Below are positions 38,195 to 51,768 of a DNA stretch of 64,000 bases, in pieces; position 1 is the first letter of the stretch; the number at the start of each line of letters is the position of its first letter. The stretch comes from Blasia pusilla (taxonomy: Eukaryota): NCBI GenBank assembly GCA_050084515.1, contig CM114271.1, forward strand, positions 4,774,001 through 4,838,000, read 5' to 3'. Under the pieces are notes generated by a model. That model was given only the letters and a program-made list of their open reading frames with translations, was not told where the DNA came from and searched no databases. Both the position numbers and the translations under genes were made by a program.

Positions 38195-39990
38195 CTAGGC
38201 AACCACGCACATCCAACCAGGATCCTCCAGATCTCTGGCTGCTCCAAATGATGTCGATGCCACGGATCCGGCATCGGGTAACCTCAATGGCATAGCGGTA
38301 ATCTCCTCATGTAGCTGACTGATGTATCTGAGCAGCCATCCAAGCCTCACATCCGGCGTCTCCCTCGGCGGGTCTAGGTGGTGGTACTCTACCTCCTCCA
38401 CGGACAGCTCCACCACCCTGTCGGGCAACTCCAGCTCCTCGTCCCCCAACGGGACCATCTAGTGCACGATCTCTAGGCCCACCTGGACCGGGTACTCGCT
38501 TTGGTGCCCTCTCTGGCCCTCGGTCCGGACGTAACTCAGGATGTAAACTGAAACACCTGGCGTGTGTATGACCATACCTCTGACAATAGTCACACTGATA
38601 ACCTTCTGGTGGAGCACCATCTCCTCCTCCATGTTGAGGCACATGTCCATGACCTTGACGAGTGCAATCGCGCTAATGATGGGCTCCACCACATGACCAA
38701 CAAGTAATAGTAGGCGGCTGCTGTTGAGCCGCATATGAAGGCGCAGGTCTCTGTGGCACGGCCTCCAGGTGTCCTCCTTGAGCTCGTGGTGCCACAGTCA
38801 ACCTATCCCGGAGTCCACGTTGCTGCACAAGTGGTGCAGACAATCGTGACTGCTCTCGCCCAGAACCCATGGTGGCTAGGCTCTCCTCCGCCATGTTGCG
38901 CTCAATGTTCTCGGCAGTCCTAAAAACATCTCTCAACGTAGGGGAGGTGTTCATAAGAAGCACCCCCTCCCACACCCGTGTGTGCAGGGTCCGGTCTAGC
39001 ATCGCGTACCATGACTAGATAGCCTGAGCCTCTATCATCCCTTGAGTAACGTTGATCAACCGGCGCAAGCAAGTGTAAGCCTCACGCAAACTCTTACCCG
39101 GGCGCATTTGGAAGTCGTGGATGCTCTGCAACTTCTTCATCCGTACCCCATGGTAGCTCGCCCTCAATTCAGCAAAGAACTCAACCACAGGGTTGAACCT
39201 GGGACGAGCCCGACTAGACGCTGCAACTGCTCCCATGCGAGTGACCCCTCTTAGAACGTCACTAGTGGAAGAAGAAGTACCCTCTCCTGACTCCTCCTCC
39301 TCCTCCGAGAACGGCTCCGTCCATGACACATAGTGTGGGTCATAGTAGAGTCGCCGTGCCTCAATCTCCTGGGCATATCTATGGGAAAACTCATGGTAAT
39401 CGTCCATGGGTGCCCCCTCTAAATGCTGGAAAATACCGTTCCATGCTATAAACGGGTTGAACTCTCTAGAGTTCCTGGCCCGCTGGGAGTCACACCAACT
39501 CCTAAACTCTGCAATAAAATCGTGCAACTCAATCGTACCTATTACACCTGAAAACCTATGCGGTCCTCTACCCCGGTCGTCCATCTCGTACGCCCAACTG
39601 GTAGGACCACTCACAATGTGTGGAGATGTGCTCACAAACTCCTCTACACCCTCCCCCTTGTTTGACGATGACACAGAAGGAGTTCGAGGTGGTCCCTAAA
39701 GTGAAGATTCTCGGAACCTCACGCCACTCCGCGTAAAACCTCTAGAGCTACTCTCGGGTTCACCACCTCACCTCTCCAAGTCCTGAACGGACGACGTGAT
39801 GACCCTCGTGCCCTTCTCACCCGATCACTCTTGCCTTGCGAGTAATCCCTTAATCACTCATCCCAAACATGCGGCACTTGATCTACACTCTCCCTCCCCG
39901 AGACATGTAACGTGCGGCAATAAGCAGCGTGGTGGGGCAAATTGACCAGGCTATCATTTCATTGATAACCTACCCTCAACTCCGGACATC
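38195..39990 (-). pseudogene. Copy 1 Gag with two zinc knuckles
   Basis: CWSCGGAHH*RDC and CDYCQRYGHTHARC; QMRPGKSLREAY major-homology-like motif. The start codon is uncertain. Confidence 0.8.
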
Positions 39991-41411
39991 CCACACAGGT
40001 CTATGTCCCCTAAACCACATACATAAATGATGCTCTCAGCATCCACACACCCAGTATCCCCAAATAAACTACCCAAATCCCATAATCCCTCACACGTGCA
40101 GGATAAAGAACCAGAATGGGTAACCTCAACACATGTCAATGTCGCTCCTCAGCAATTGCAAATCTCGACACCAACTCGGTCGTGGAGACAACTCCTCCAA
40201 TCAGCAAGTCATACTCCTCCCGTATTGACGTTGCTCAAAACTCCTCGATAGACGGTGCGGTTCCAGCGGAACAATGCAGCGTTGCAGGCGGCACGGAATG
40301 GCTACCAACGGCACGGCCCTTGATGATGGGTTGTGGCACTTGGCGGCATACCCTCCTCAATCAACAAAAAACCCACACTCTGATCCACAATGCCGGAGCG
40401 GCTCCGCGATCAAGACGTTGTGGTGCGGCCACGATCGGCACGGCGCGGCAATTGGCAGCGCGTTGCGGCTACGTACAGGCGTCACGACACGGTACCCGAT
40501 CGTCGTTGAGCGGCTACCAATCACAACATAGCAGCATGAAATCAAAACTCAAACACTATAATAGGAGGTCATATGCCATCACACGTTGATGACGGTGGCG
40601 GCCAAAACAAAATACCTGATGGCGACGCAAGTCCAAGAATCAACGAACGTTGTGGAAGACCCTCCACTCTGTAAGGGCGGCAATGGCAACCAAGGGTGGA
40701 CAACGGACGGTGGACCATTGACTGTGACGGTTGACCATTGATGGTGAAGGCCGAACGGTGATGGTGACGATTGACCGTCGCTTATGACGGTTGACCATTG
40801 ATGGTGATGGTTGACGGTCGATGGTGACTATGACGGCGATAGCCGCCGCCGGTGTGGCGGCTGGTTTAGGGTTTGCACAATTTAACCCTAAAAATCGCCT
40901 AGCAATGGAAGTTTTGCAAGATTGACGATAACTTTTTGCTTGCAACTCCAAATTGCACACTATTTACTGCATAGCGTGCATAACTTTACAATCTACGCTA
41001 ACATGAAAAATATTTAGAATCAAACATTCCAGTAAAAACTGACGGGGACTGTCGTAAAGTCCAATGTCTCTTTCTCCTACACAAAATTTGGCAGCGCTTC
41101 CACGCTGATTCCTCCCAACAAAAATGTAAAACCTGTAAAAATGCAAATCAGCAAGCAACATGGTGCTCCTAAAAGCACCGGCATGGGGCAATCCGCCCCC
41201 ATACTCAATCCCTATCAGAAATTGGGCAGCGCTTCCGCGCGCCACTCTTCCACACGAAAAAATGGCAAATGCAAAGAATAATCCAAGCAACCCTTGCTCC
41301 GATGAGCACTCCCATGAGTCGTTGAACGGGGAACACCGTCCCCAACTTGCAAATACAACGAGTGACCAGCAAGCTCCCCCATGAAGCTCTCTCACTCTCT
41401 CATTCTCTCTT

Positions 41412-41885
41412 TGTAAAGTAAGATCCAATCTCTCTCTACACAATCTCACACAATAGCTCTCAAAGGTGTGCACCCTCTCTCATGTCAAACCAAACCCACT
41501 CTCCTAATGAGAGACTTGGGTTACACTCACGAGGCAAGGGACCATAGCTCCGCCGCCTCACGCCAAGAGGTTCAACAAAGAGAGAATGAACTCCAAGCTC
41601 TCTCCATGGTAACCTATTCTCCCAAGTCACCTCCTTGGCTCTTGACCTGACGTAGGAGGTCAAGGGCCACTTCCAAAAAAATATAAAGTCGATCATATAT
41701 TCAAAATGGTACTTACCTAAAATAGTAAGTTCCTCAATATGGCTCCAAATGAGCCAAAACGAAGGGGAAACCTGCTCTCTCAGGTTTCCTGGGGCCTCTA
41801 CAAGTCATCCTCGACCTCCTAGGCCTGTCCTCCACTACTCTTGAAGAAACTCTACTAGATCTCACCGATCTAACCTAAAGGACGT

Positions 41886-41888
<3 letters not shown>
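41412..41888 (-). repeat. Copy 1 LTR-like long repeat A1 (5' end)
   Basis: TGTAAAGTAAG...GGACGTGAC. No TGG-type primer-binding site follows on the minus strand. Confidence 0.95.

Positions 41889-41978
<90 letters not shown>
41889..41978. repeat. (GA)n microsatellite, right flank of copy 1
   Basis: Perfect dinucleotide run. Confidence 0.98.
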
Positions 41979-41980
<2 letters not shown>

Positions 41981-43729
41981 CTACATATTGGCTTACATGT
42001 GTAGGGCTTGGAGTCATGGTTGGAGATGCACACAATTGACTAGCACTAGGGGAAAATACTCCCCTAGTGTATCAAGTATGGTGCACTCTCAAGCATATAA
42101 GTATGGTGCATCTAATGCTCCTCCCTGTTGATATCACATATAAATCAGATACTAACCATAAATAAAGCATAAAGAAGATAAATTTTGTAGACTAGAGTTC
42201 ATACATAATAATTTTAAATAGGATACGATAAAACAATAATGATTAAGACGTATAATTGGAACCCATGGCTTTTGTGAAGAAATACTACTCCATGCCCATT
42301 GTGGATGTCGTGCCAATGGATAAGACCATGGACTATAAGGTTGTGGTGGAGGTGCAGGGGCAAACCATCCTCCTAGGGTAGGATTCCATTGCATCCCGCT
42401 TGGGCCCCATCCCTCCCCGGGATATGACGGTGGAGGTGCACTCCCTCTTCCTATGCACCCATCTTCTTTACCAAGCAGGAATGCTCCAACGTTCAGCCAT
42501 ATACTCAGGGGTCTCTCTACCTTGATCTTTGATTCTACATGCTTCCTTCCCATTATTCCCTTTGAGCTTTTTAAGTAGGCTAAGCTTGAGAACATTCAAG
42601 TGTAATATATTTTATCAAACTTGAACATTATCTACTGACCTACCATAAAGCCATCCATGACAATACATGTTCTTGATAGAGATATTTAGTGACTAAAAAA
42701 TTGAACAATGCCATTTTATCTAGAAGAGGATGATGAGATAGATCTTCATCCTCTTGAAGATCAAATTCAAGCTCCTCATATTAGGACATGGCACGAAGTA
42801 GATTGGGTAGAGGACTGCGATGCTTGTTTTCCCCTATATTCAAAACCTGCTTTTTGAACCTAGAAACACCTAGCTAGATCTTGTAATGAAAGACTCCGCC
42901 TTGATGGTTGATTGGAGGCCTTTACATTAAGAGATGATTTCTCTCTCCTTGTGTGAGACTTCTCTGGATTGGAGAAACTTCCACAATCCAAGATCACCAA
43001 TTAGGAGTAAAGAAGACATGAAATAAATCTGTTCTAAATCCCAAGTATAGAGCTTATAAATTTCCCCAAAAAATCTGCTTAGCCAAACTTACACTAATGG
43101 AACACTACCAAAGATGATAACTTCACAAGGCTTTCTCAACCTCACATTTTCCTCACGCATAAGTTCATAAGGATTTTGAGGAGGGTCCTCCTCAAGATTC
43201 AAATGTGTACAATCTCTGAGGGATGCTGAAAAATCGGATTTGACGTATTTCTCCCATCCCCCTCACATACTTCCTTTCTATCTTTGATGCAGGAACTCTC
43301 TACCTCGGTGAATTTCATATTCTCAACCATTGGCTCTGAAAAAAAAGGCATAATCAGGTTCCCCTTCATTAAACATCAATAATCTAACATGCCAACTTAG
43401 TCATGCTCCTCATCAGACTCTTCACTTGATGAGCCAATTTCAAAACACACATCTACAGCCGCTACATTGCCAAAGTCTCTACGTGCTATGGCCATTTTCT
43501 TGTCAGTTAGATCTATATCTCAAAGAGTGTTCAATACTAAAAATCTATCAGGCAAACGTATATGAGCCTCAAGATCACTATAGCTTTCATGTTCCTCGTA
43601 ATTCACATCAGTCTCCTCTACAAACACTCCGCATGCCCTAGCTTCTTTTTGTATGACCACTTTCCACTCACTTCCTTCCCTAGCATGAGCAAAAAATACT
43701 TGCTCAACTTGGGAAGGAAAAACAAAAGG

Positions 43730-44858
43730 TTAGTGTGATGGTGATTCACATGACTTCAGATTAGCTAATAGAAAACCTTCCTTGTCTCTTTTCATAGATC
43801 TCTGATGAGATCCCCATTTAGCCCTAACCCACCTTCCTATCATTAAGATAATCATCCAATTTGCAATACCATAGTCAAATGCCAAGATATTTATGAGAGT
43901 GAAAACATAGCTAAAGATAGAGTTAGTTTGAGGCAGACGCTCATCCACACATATAGCCCTAATATCACTATCAGAAGTGCTAAACGTATTGATTCCATCC
44001 CTTCCTTCTACCCTATAATGATTCCCATATCCTTCCATAATCTTGTATGAAAACACCTTAGTTTGAGGTGGTATGGACAACTCAAATGTCATTGGGTCAA
44101 TAAACCACTAGTTTCTCCTTAGCCTCTCGGAGAATTGCTTTATGAACCCAATCTTCAAAGGGTATATGTGGATTCTCCAATTCATACTTACTGCACATAA
44201 AAAGTGTAGAAGTGTAAGTAAGAAGAAAGAAATTGATTAGACAAATGAAGCCAAAATATCATATCTTAATCTAAGGTTGCAAAAAAATTTCCATGAATTT
44301 CATAAACAAATTCCAAGTACAACTCATCGAATCCAGATTTGCATTGATTTTTTGTTGTCTAAAATATAGTGATGACCCAACAGTAACAAATCACAAGAGA
44401 GTCGCACAGATATCCATGCCCCCCTTCTAGCTCCTCACCTATTACTCGGTCTTCCTTGCCATTATCCCAAACACGTGTCATAATAGCCTCAAATCTCTTC
44501 ATATATTCTGTAACAAATCCAATGGCCTCATCCTTAACATAACCTTCTACCATGGATTCCTCTGGTCGAGCTCTTGATCTCACATACTTCTTAATTCTTC
44601 CCAGATATCTTTCCATCGGGTACATCCATCGACATGCCACTAGTCCATAAATATCAACTCTTCTACAATATGGATGAGTAAATGTGTCATAACATCAAGG
44701 AACGAAGGAGGGAAATGCATCTCTAATAGATAAAAGGTCACAATAGTATCCTTGCAGAGCCTCTCTAGTTGGGATGGATCATAAACTTTGACACATAAGC
44801 TTCTCATGACCCTACTTAATCTCATGATAATCATTCTCACCTCTTCGTTCATGAGCCT
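43730..44858 (-). pseudogene. CACTA transposase C-terminal part (DUF4218/DUF4216-like)
   Basis: LEMHFPPSFLDVMTHLLIHIVEEL and RWMYPMERYLGRIKKYVRSRARPEESMVEGY are conserved CACTA TnpD motifs. Confidence 0.9.
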
Positions 44859-45484
<626 letters not shown>

Positions 45485-46979
45485 AAGAAATTTGATCGAT
45501 TTACAGTCCAGCCAGCCACTACGTACGCCGCGCTACTACCTGGAATTGCCTCCGTAGCGGGTAGAGCTCAACATGTACTTTCTCCGCCCTCACAACATTC
45601 GGAAAGTGTCGGCCACTGTATCGTGTCTCATCTATTGCTACATTTGCGTTGAACCTGCCTAACGCACTAAGCCTTCGCATGTAGCCAACCGCTCTACCAA
45701 AGTCGTTGTGTCACCGCCCCCGCATTTGCCGCTGCACGTCGTCCATCGCGGCCCTATGACACACGCTTTTGTTGCCGCATGCCTCTCGCCGCCACCGGTC
45801 CTTATTGCTGTTGGTATGACCCGGTCCTCATTGTTGCGCCGTTGCTGCCCGATTGCGTACCTACTATGTCCGGACACCGCACTACATGTTGTTCGTTGGC
45901 CAAGCCATTCAGCCTCGGTAGCCATGCCGTTGCAAAACCGCTACCGCGTAGCTGATGTCTACGATGTCCAATCATTCTCTACCGCGGTTGGGTCTTTGTC
46001 GTCCGAAAACCTTACATCCATCCACTTGCGTCCGTTTGGATTCATTCGACGACATCAACGGCCATCCTCTACCGTTTGCTACCTGGTTGGAAATTGGGCA
46101 AAGAGACTTGGGGACCATTGATTTTAATTTGCGCTTCCACCACATATCAGTTTTGGTCGCCGCCGTCTAGGAAGTTGCATCATCGACCGGCGAGGGCTTG
46201 TGATCCTTGGATTTATGGGGTCCAAGTGTTTTTCTGCTTTGCTATGTTGTGGTTGGTAGCCGTTGGACTACGATTGAGTATCATAACCTAAAGCAGCAAC
46301 GCGAATCCGATTTCCGCCTTGTGTCCCTCATGACCGGACCGCACCATCTTGATCGCGAAGCCACACCATCTGTGGAAGTAGAGCGCACGTGTTTGTTGAG
46401 GAGGGTATGCCGTTGAGTGTCACATCCCATTCCCGAGTGCCATGCAGGTTGTAGCCGCACCGTACCGCTGGAACAGCACTGCACATCGAGGATATTTGAG
46501 CATCGTCAATACCAAGAGAGTATGACATGCTATTTGGAGGAGTTTGTCTTCACGACCAAGTTGGGATCGAGGTTGGAGTTTCTGAGGGGCGACGTCGATA
46601 TTTTTTTCAAGTTACCCATTATGGTATTTTATCCTACATATGTGAGGGAATTCCGCATATTGGGCAGTTATGTTGAGAGCATTATTGATATATGTGGTTT
46701 AGGGGACATAGACCTCTGTGGGATGTCCAAACTTGAGGGTATGTAATGTCGATGAGATGATAGGGTGATGGCCGATTTTCTGGACCACGCGGATTGTTGC
46801 CACACAGCACAGGTCTCCCTAAGAGAGCGTAGATTGAGTGCCACCTGTTTAGTTTGAGTGATTACTCGCAAGATTGAGAGTAATCGCGTGAGAGGGGCAC
46901 GAGGATCATCACGGCGTCCTTTCGGGACTTTAAGAGGTGAGGTGATGGACCTGAGAGTAGCTCTAGAGGGTTTATGCAT

Positions 46980-49420
46980 AGTGGCGTTTTGAGGATCTCC
47001 ACGTGAGAGAACACCTCAATCTCCTTATGTGTTGTCTTCAGACCAGGGGGAGAGCGTAGAGGAGTTTGTCATTGCATCAGTGCACACAATGAGTGATCCT
47101 ACAATTTGCGCATGCGAGATGGACGACCGGGGTAGAGGATCACGTAGGTTTTCAGGTGCTTTAGGCAATATAGAGTTGCACGACTTCATTGCAGAGTTCA
47201 GGAGTTGGTGTGACTCACAAAGCAGGCTAGGAACTCTAGAGAGTCCAACCCGTTCACAGCATGGAACAGTATGTTCCAGCATTTAGAGGGGGCACCCATG
47301 GACGATTAACATGAGTTCTCTCACAAATATGCCCAGGAGATTGAGGGCATGGAGACTCTACTATGACCCACACTATGTGTCATGGATTGAGCCGTTTCCA
47401 AATGAGGAGGAGGACTCGAGAGAGGCTACTTCCTCTTCTACCCGTGATGTTTTAGGAGGGATGACTCAAACTAGGGCAGTTGCACCATCCAGTTGGGTTC
47501 ATCCCAAGTTCAACCCCGTGGTTGAGTTCTTTGTTGAGTTGCGGACGAGCTACCAGGGGGTACGGACAGAGAAGTTATGGAGCATCCACGACTTCGAGAT
47601 GCGGCGGGATGAGAGTTGCGTAAGGCCTACACTCGCTTGCGCCAGTTGATTAATGTCATTCAGGGGGTGATAGAGTCCGAGACTATCTAATCCTAGTACG
47701 CGATGCTGGATCAAAACCTGCGGACACGGGTGAGGGATGGGATGCTTCTTATGCACACCTCTCCTACGTTGAGAGATGTTTTTTGACCGCCGAGAACATT
47801 GAGCGCAACATGGCAGAGGAAAGCATAACCACCATGGATTCTAGGCAAGAGCAGTCACGATTGCATGCACCACCAGTGCAACAACGTGGATTCTGAGATA
47901 GGTCTGTGGCACCACAAGCTCAAGGAGGATATCGAGAGGCCGAGCCACAAAGACGGGCGCCTTCATATGCGGCTTAAAACAATCTCCTGCAATTATTTGT
48001 TGGGCATGTCATGGAGCCCATCACTAGTGCGATTGCACTCGTCAAGGTCATGGACGCGTGCCTCAACATGGAGGAGGAGATGGTGCTACACCAGAAGTTG
48101 ATCAGTGTGACTAGTGTCATAGGGACGGTCAAACACACGCCAGGTTTTTCAGCCTATACCCTAAGTTACGTCCCGACCGAGGGCCAGAGAGGGCACCAAA
48201 GCAAGTTGCTGGTCCGGGTGGGCCTAAAGGTCGTGCACCAGGTGGTCTTGTTGGGGGACAAGGAGTTGGATTTGCCCGAGGGGGTGGTGGAGTTGCCTGT
48301 GGAGGAGGTAGAGTTCCACCACCTAGACACGCCAAGGGAGACATCGAGCGTGAGGCTGGGATGGCTGCTCAAATACAGCAGCTACAACAACAGATTTTTG
48401 CTATGGCATTGAGGTTATCTGATGTCGTATCTATGGCATCGACGTCTTATGGAGCAGCCGGAGATATGGAGGATCCTGGCTGGATGTGAGCGACTGTCCA
48501 CTTGGAGGCAGCCGATGTTACTACACGTGGAGCCACTTTAGACTTGGATCCATAGAGAGGGGAAGCCAGGAAACAAACCAAGCTTCCTCAATCTTTCACA
48601 TTGTCCAAGGCAACGAGGACCCAATCCATGGGTCCTGATCAGAAATCCTGGGGAGTTGATCTTGTTGGTATGTAGGCACGGAGGGCGATGGGAGAAGCAA
48701 GTGCAATCACTCTTATTGGTCATGCTAGAGAGGAGCATGTGTTGAGTACGATGTTGGGGGCGGCCACGATGGTGTAGTGTGCTCCTTTGTTTTCTGCTTC
48801 CGATGTTATGACGTTGGGAGGTACGCCCACCGAGGTTTTCTGGCTGGACACTACGCTATGTGAGCGTGGAGATGGTGTTCTTGCATCGTGTTCAGAGCTG
48901 ATTGCAAAGGAGTTGATGGACTTGCCCTTGGAGCCGATGCTCAGGCTGTCCACCTCATATTCATAGCAAGTTGCGGTTGCTAGGATGGTGGAGATGCCCG
49001 CTCGACCCGCGATAGAGCGTGCCATGGTTGCTCAAAGTGTTGTGTTTCTGGATAACCGCGGATAGATCTTCCAATTGGTAAGTCTAGGAGGTAGAAAAAT
49101 TTTCCGCAACGTGTCTTGTAAGATTCAAGAGCGCAACCCTTGATGTTGGGGAAAGCGGCATTTGGAGGGTTGGGCCTAACGAGGGCCAATATGGAGCGTT
49201 GTCCATTCAAGATAAAGACATCCTTGGGTGAAGCGAGTACCACACAATTTATCACCCGATAGGAGGTCGTGGTAAGGATTCGCCCTTGATATCCTATAGA
49301 TGAGTTTGTAGTGCGATCCAAGGCGATAGTGATAGAATGGAAAGTCCTACGACATCTTGGTTGGTGGAGCAACGTTGTACCCGATGGGATTTTCCGTGGA
49401 TTACTAGGAGGAGTCAACAT
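46980..49420 (+). pseudogene. Copy 2 Gag and protease remnants
   Basis: EMDDRGRGSRRFSG..G.IELHDFIAEFRSWCDSQ and FNPVVEFF match copy 1; DSRAQP at ~49122. Confidence 0.85.
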
Positions 49421-49829
49421 CCTACAGATCAGGTTGGCAGTCCGATGATGGACGACTTAGTTCATTATCGTTCGATTCACGGGTGGAGTGATCGAGTGAC
49501 AACCAAGAGAGATGGCGACTTTAGCAGCATTTAGCAACGCCATCACGTGGCCTTCTGAGTTGACTGAGGGGCATGTCCATGCAGAGGAAAACCCCGTGCC
49601 TTACACTTCTAGGGAGAGGAGCATTATGGTAGCCGCATCATTCAGTGGAGGAGAGGTGCCGTTGTGGGGCTCAAGTGAGGAGCTTCGTCGCTTATCTGAT
49701 AAGCACGTGCAGACAGCCTGGATTGAGTCATTTGCACTAGAGCGTGTCGAGTCAGAGGGACCCAAGGTAGCCGTGAGTGCTCCTAAGACCCCTTTGAACA
49801 CCACACCAATTGTGTGGCGTATCCCAGAA

Positions 49830-50830
49830 GAGGGTATCCGTGTGTTGGATCTCTTTGGAGGGATCAACATTGGCTTAATTGTTGTTTTGCAAGCGAGAGT
49901 GCGCGTGGAACAGTATTTGTACGTTGAGATTGATGATGTTACGAGGCACGCTTCACTTCACCATGTGATGCAATTACTGCTCTGATTTCCCGACTTGTTT
50001 TCTGCGTCCGCCATCCAAGGTTACCAGAGTTCCCTACCAAGGGATATTTCATTGTTGGGGGCGTAGGACTTGGAGCGGGTAAGGACCATAGATTTGGCCG
50101 TGTTAGGGCCAATCAAGTGTTGGATGAGGTAGCAGGTTAGGTAACACTTGGTCCAAGTTATTTTGGGAGATGATGCAGATCCTGCGACACTTATAGGAGC
50201 ATCAGTCTCGTTCTCCTGCATACATTATGGAGAATGTGCGGACTTTGGGCGATTCGAGGTCCCGCATGGTGATGAGTGCATATCAAGTGCGCGTATGGAT
50301 CGGCCCGACAGTGTTATTGAATGTCGCGAATGAACATTCACCAGCTCATTTCCCGCGTCTCTAGTGGACCAACAAGGTGCCACATGAGGTTTTGCGGAAG
50401 GTGTATGTGAGAGTGGAGGGCTCCTCCCAGTTGTTGGTGGATTCTATTGTGGATCGAGGTTTCCAGTCACAGGTAGTACGACACAAAGATCGACCTCCAT
50501 TGACTGTGGTCTATAGGATTGGCATGCCGTGCGGAGCCTTTCCCATGTTTAAGAGTTTTCCTGCTTCCTATGCATTCAAGGAGGCCGAGCCTGGCTTGGT
50601 TTGGGATGACTAGGTACAACGTTTTCCTGCTTCCTATGCATTCAAGGAGGCTGAGCCTGGCTTGGTTTGGGATGACTAGGTACAACGGTTGGTGGAGCCA
50701 AACTCTGATGAGCGAGAGAAAGCGATGGGATTTCCCACCATAGTGACGGCAATATTGTCACTATCAAAGGCATCATGACATCGTATCTTGGGGCAGTCGA
50801 TGGATCTGAATTGCTTGACATAGATTTTCA
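49830..50830 (+). pseudogene. Copy 2 DNMT3-like methyltransferase domain
   Basis: RVLDLFGGINIG (DLFGG at 49848-49862). Catalytic Pro-Cys codons CCG TGT at 50098-50103, ENV at 50230-50238, EREKAMGFP, ILGQSMDL. Confidence 0.9.
50555..50686 (+). repeat. 66 bp tandem duplication inside the copy 2 DNMT
   Basis: GTTTTCCTGCTTCCTATGCATTCAAGG...TAGGTACAAC occurs twice with one mismatch; single copy in element 1. Confidence 0.95.
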
Positions 50831-51199
50831 GCTTAGGAATAGTTGAGCAACGTCGTTTGAGGATGCGATTGATCACAATTATTGCGTTGGTGAGCCCCAT
50901 ATCGAGACGGTTAAGGCAATGGCTAGGGGTGAGACTCAAGGAAATCAACGCACCAGGGATGATCAGGAGAGAAACCCTTGGACTTCTTGGGGTGTTTCAC
51001 ATGTATGCCTAGAGATAATAGCCATAGAATCGAGCTTGGTTCCAAAAACTGCACGTGGAGGAGATTAGAGTTTGCAACTGGCTGCAACAAAGTAGTCGAG
51101 TGTTGTTGTTCGAGACGGGGTTGCACCATAGCAACCACCACCACCCGCGCCAGAGAGTCCTACCCTAGTCACGATGGAGACTTGAGAGCCACAGACTTG

Positions 51200-51768
51200 G
51201 TCCCTAAATTGACAGGAGGAGAGCGGCACCAGATACATCAGTTCTTTAGGAGTTTTATGAGTTATTTTGCATTTGGCTTGCATGATTTTGGTACGCTGAA
51301 ATGTCTAGGGATCCGCATTGAGTTGTCGAGCGACACGCCGATCTTCCAACGACCCTACATGTACAATGATATGGAGAGGGCTCTGATTCATAATAGGAGC
51401 CAGGACTTGGTTGGAGCACGCTTAGTGGAGATGTTGCATGAAGAGTATGCATCTGCCACTATCATGCCCTGGAAGAAGGATGTGCATGGCAACTGGACGG
51501 ATAGGCAGATGTGTGGAGATTACCAACCTATCAATTGGCATACGAAGTCTAATAAGTATGCCATGCACACCCCTAAGGAGATCTTTGATGCTATTGGGCA
51601 TGCAAAGGTCTTTAGTTCGTTAGATCTTCGAGCCGGATACCATGGATACCATCACCTGCCTATCAGATTGGGGGACAGGAAAAAGACTATACTTTGGGAC
51701 ATCCATCCTCACGGGAAAGATTGCTTGTAACAGTGGTAGCTTTTACCATTTGGGTTAAAGAATGTCGT
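51200..51768 (+). pseudogene. Copy 2 RT, N-terminal part
   Basis: RQMCGDYQPIN, SSLDLRAGYH, LPFGLKN, then cut by an LTR. Confidence 0.9.

Larger units (their letters stand above)
31528..41888 (-). mobile_element. Gypsy-type retroelement copy 1: Gag-PR-DNMT-RT-RH-INT-PHD with split direct repeats
   Basis: Repeats A1 41412-41888, B1 32157-32281, A2 31639-32154, B2 31528-31638. Domain order is Gypsy-type (RT-RH-INT). Both sides are flanked by (GA)n. Many stops and a few frameshifts. Confidence 0.93.

Noticed and set aside
35289-38251. Plus-strand ORFs up to 252 aa opposite copy 1 pol
   Set aside because: Antisense shadows of the decayed polyprotein, with no independent protein features.
38300-38460. 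Programmed Gag-Pol frameshift in copy 1
   Set aside because: The frame change is explained by a 4 bp TCAG duplication that is absent from copy 2.
31528-41888. Classification as a DIRS/Ngaro element because of the split repeats
   Set aside because: No tyrosine recombinase is seen; an HHCC-DDE integrase, protease, TG...CA ends and a target duplication (copy 2) are present.
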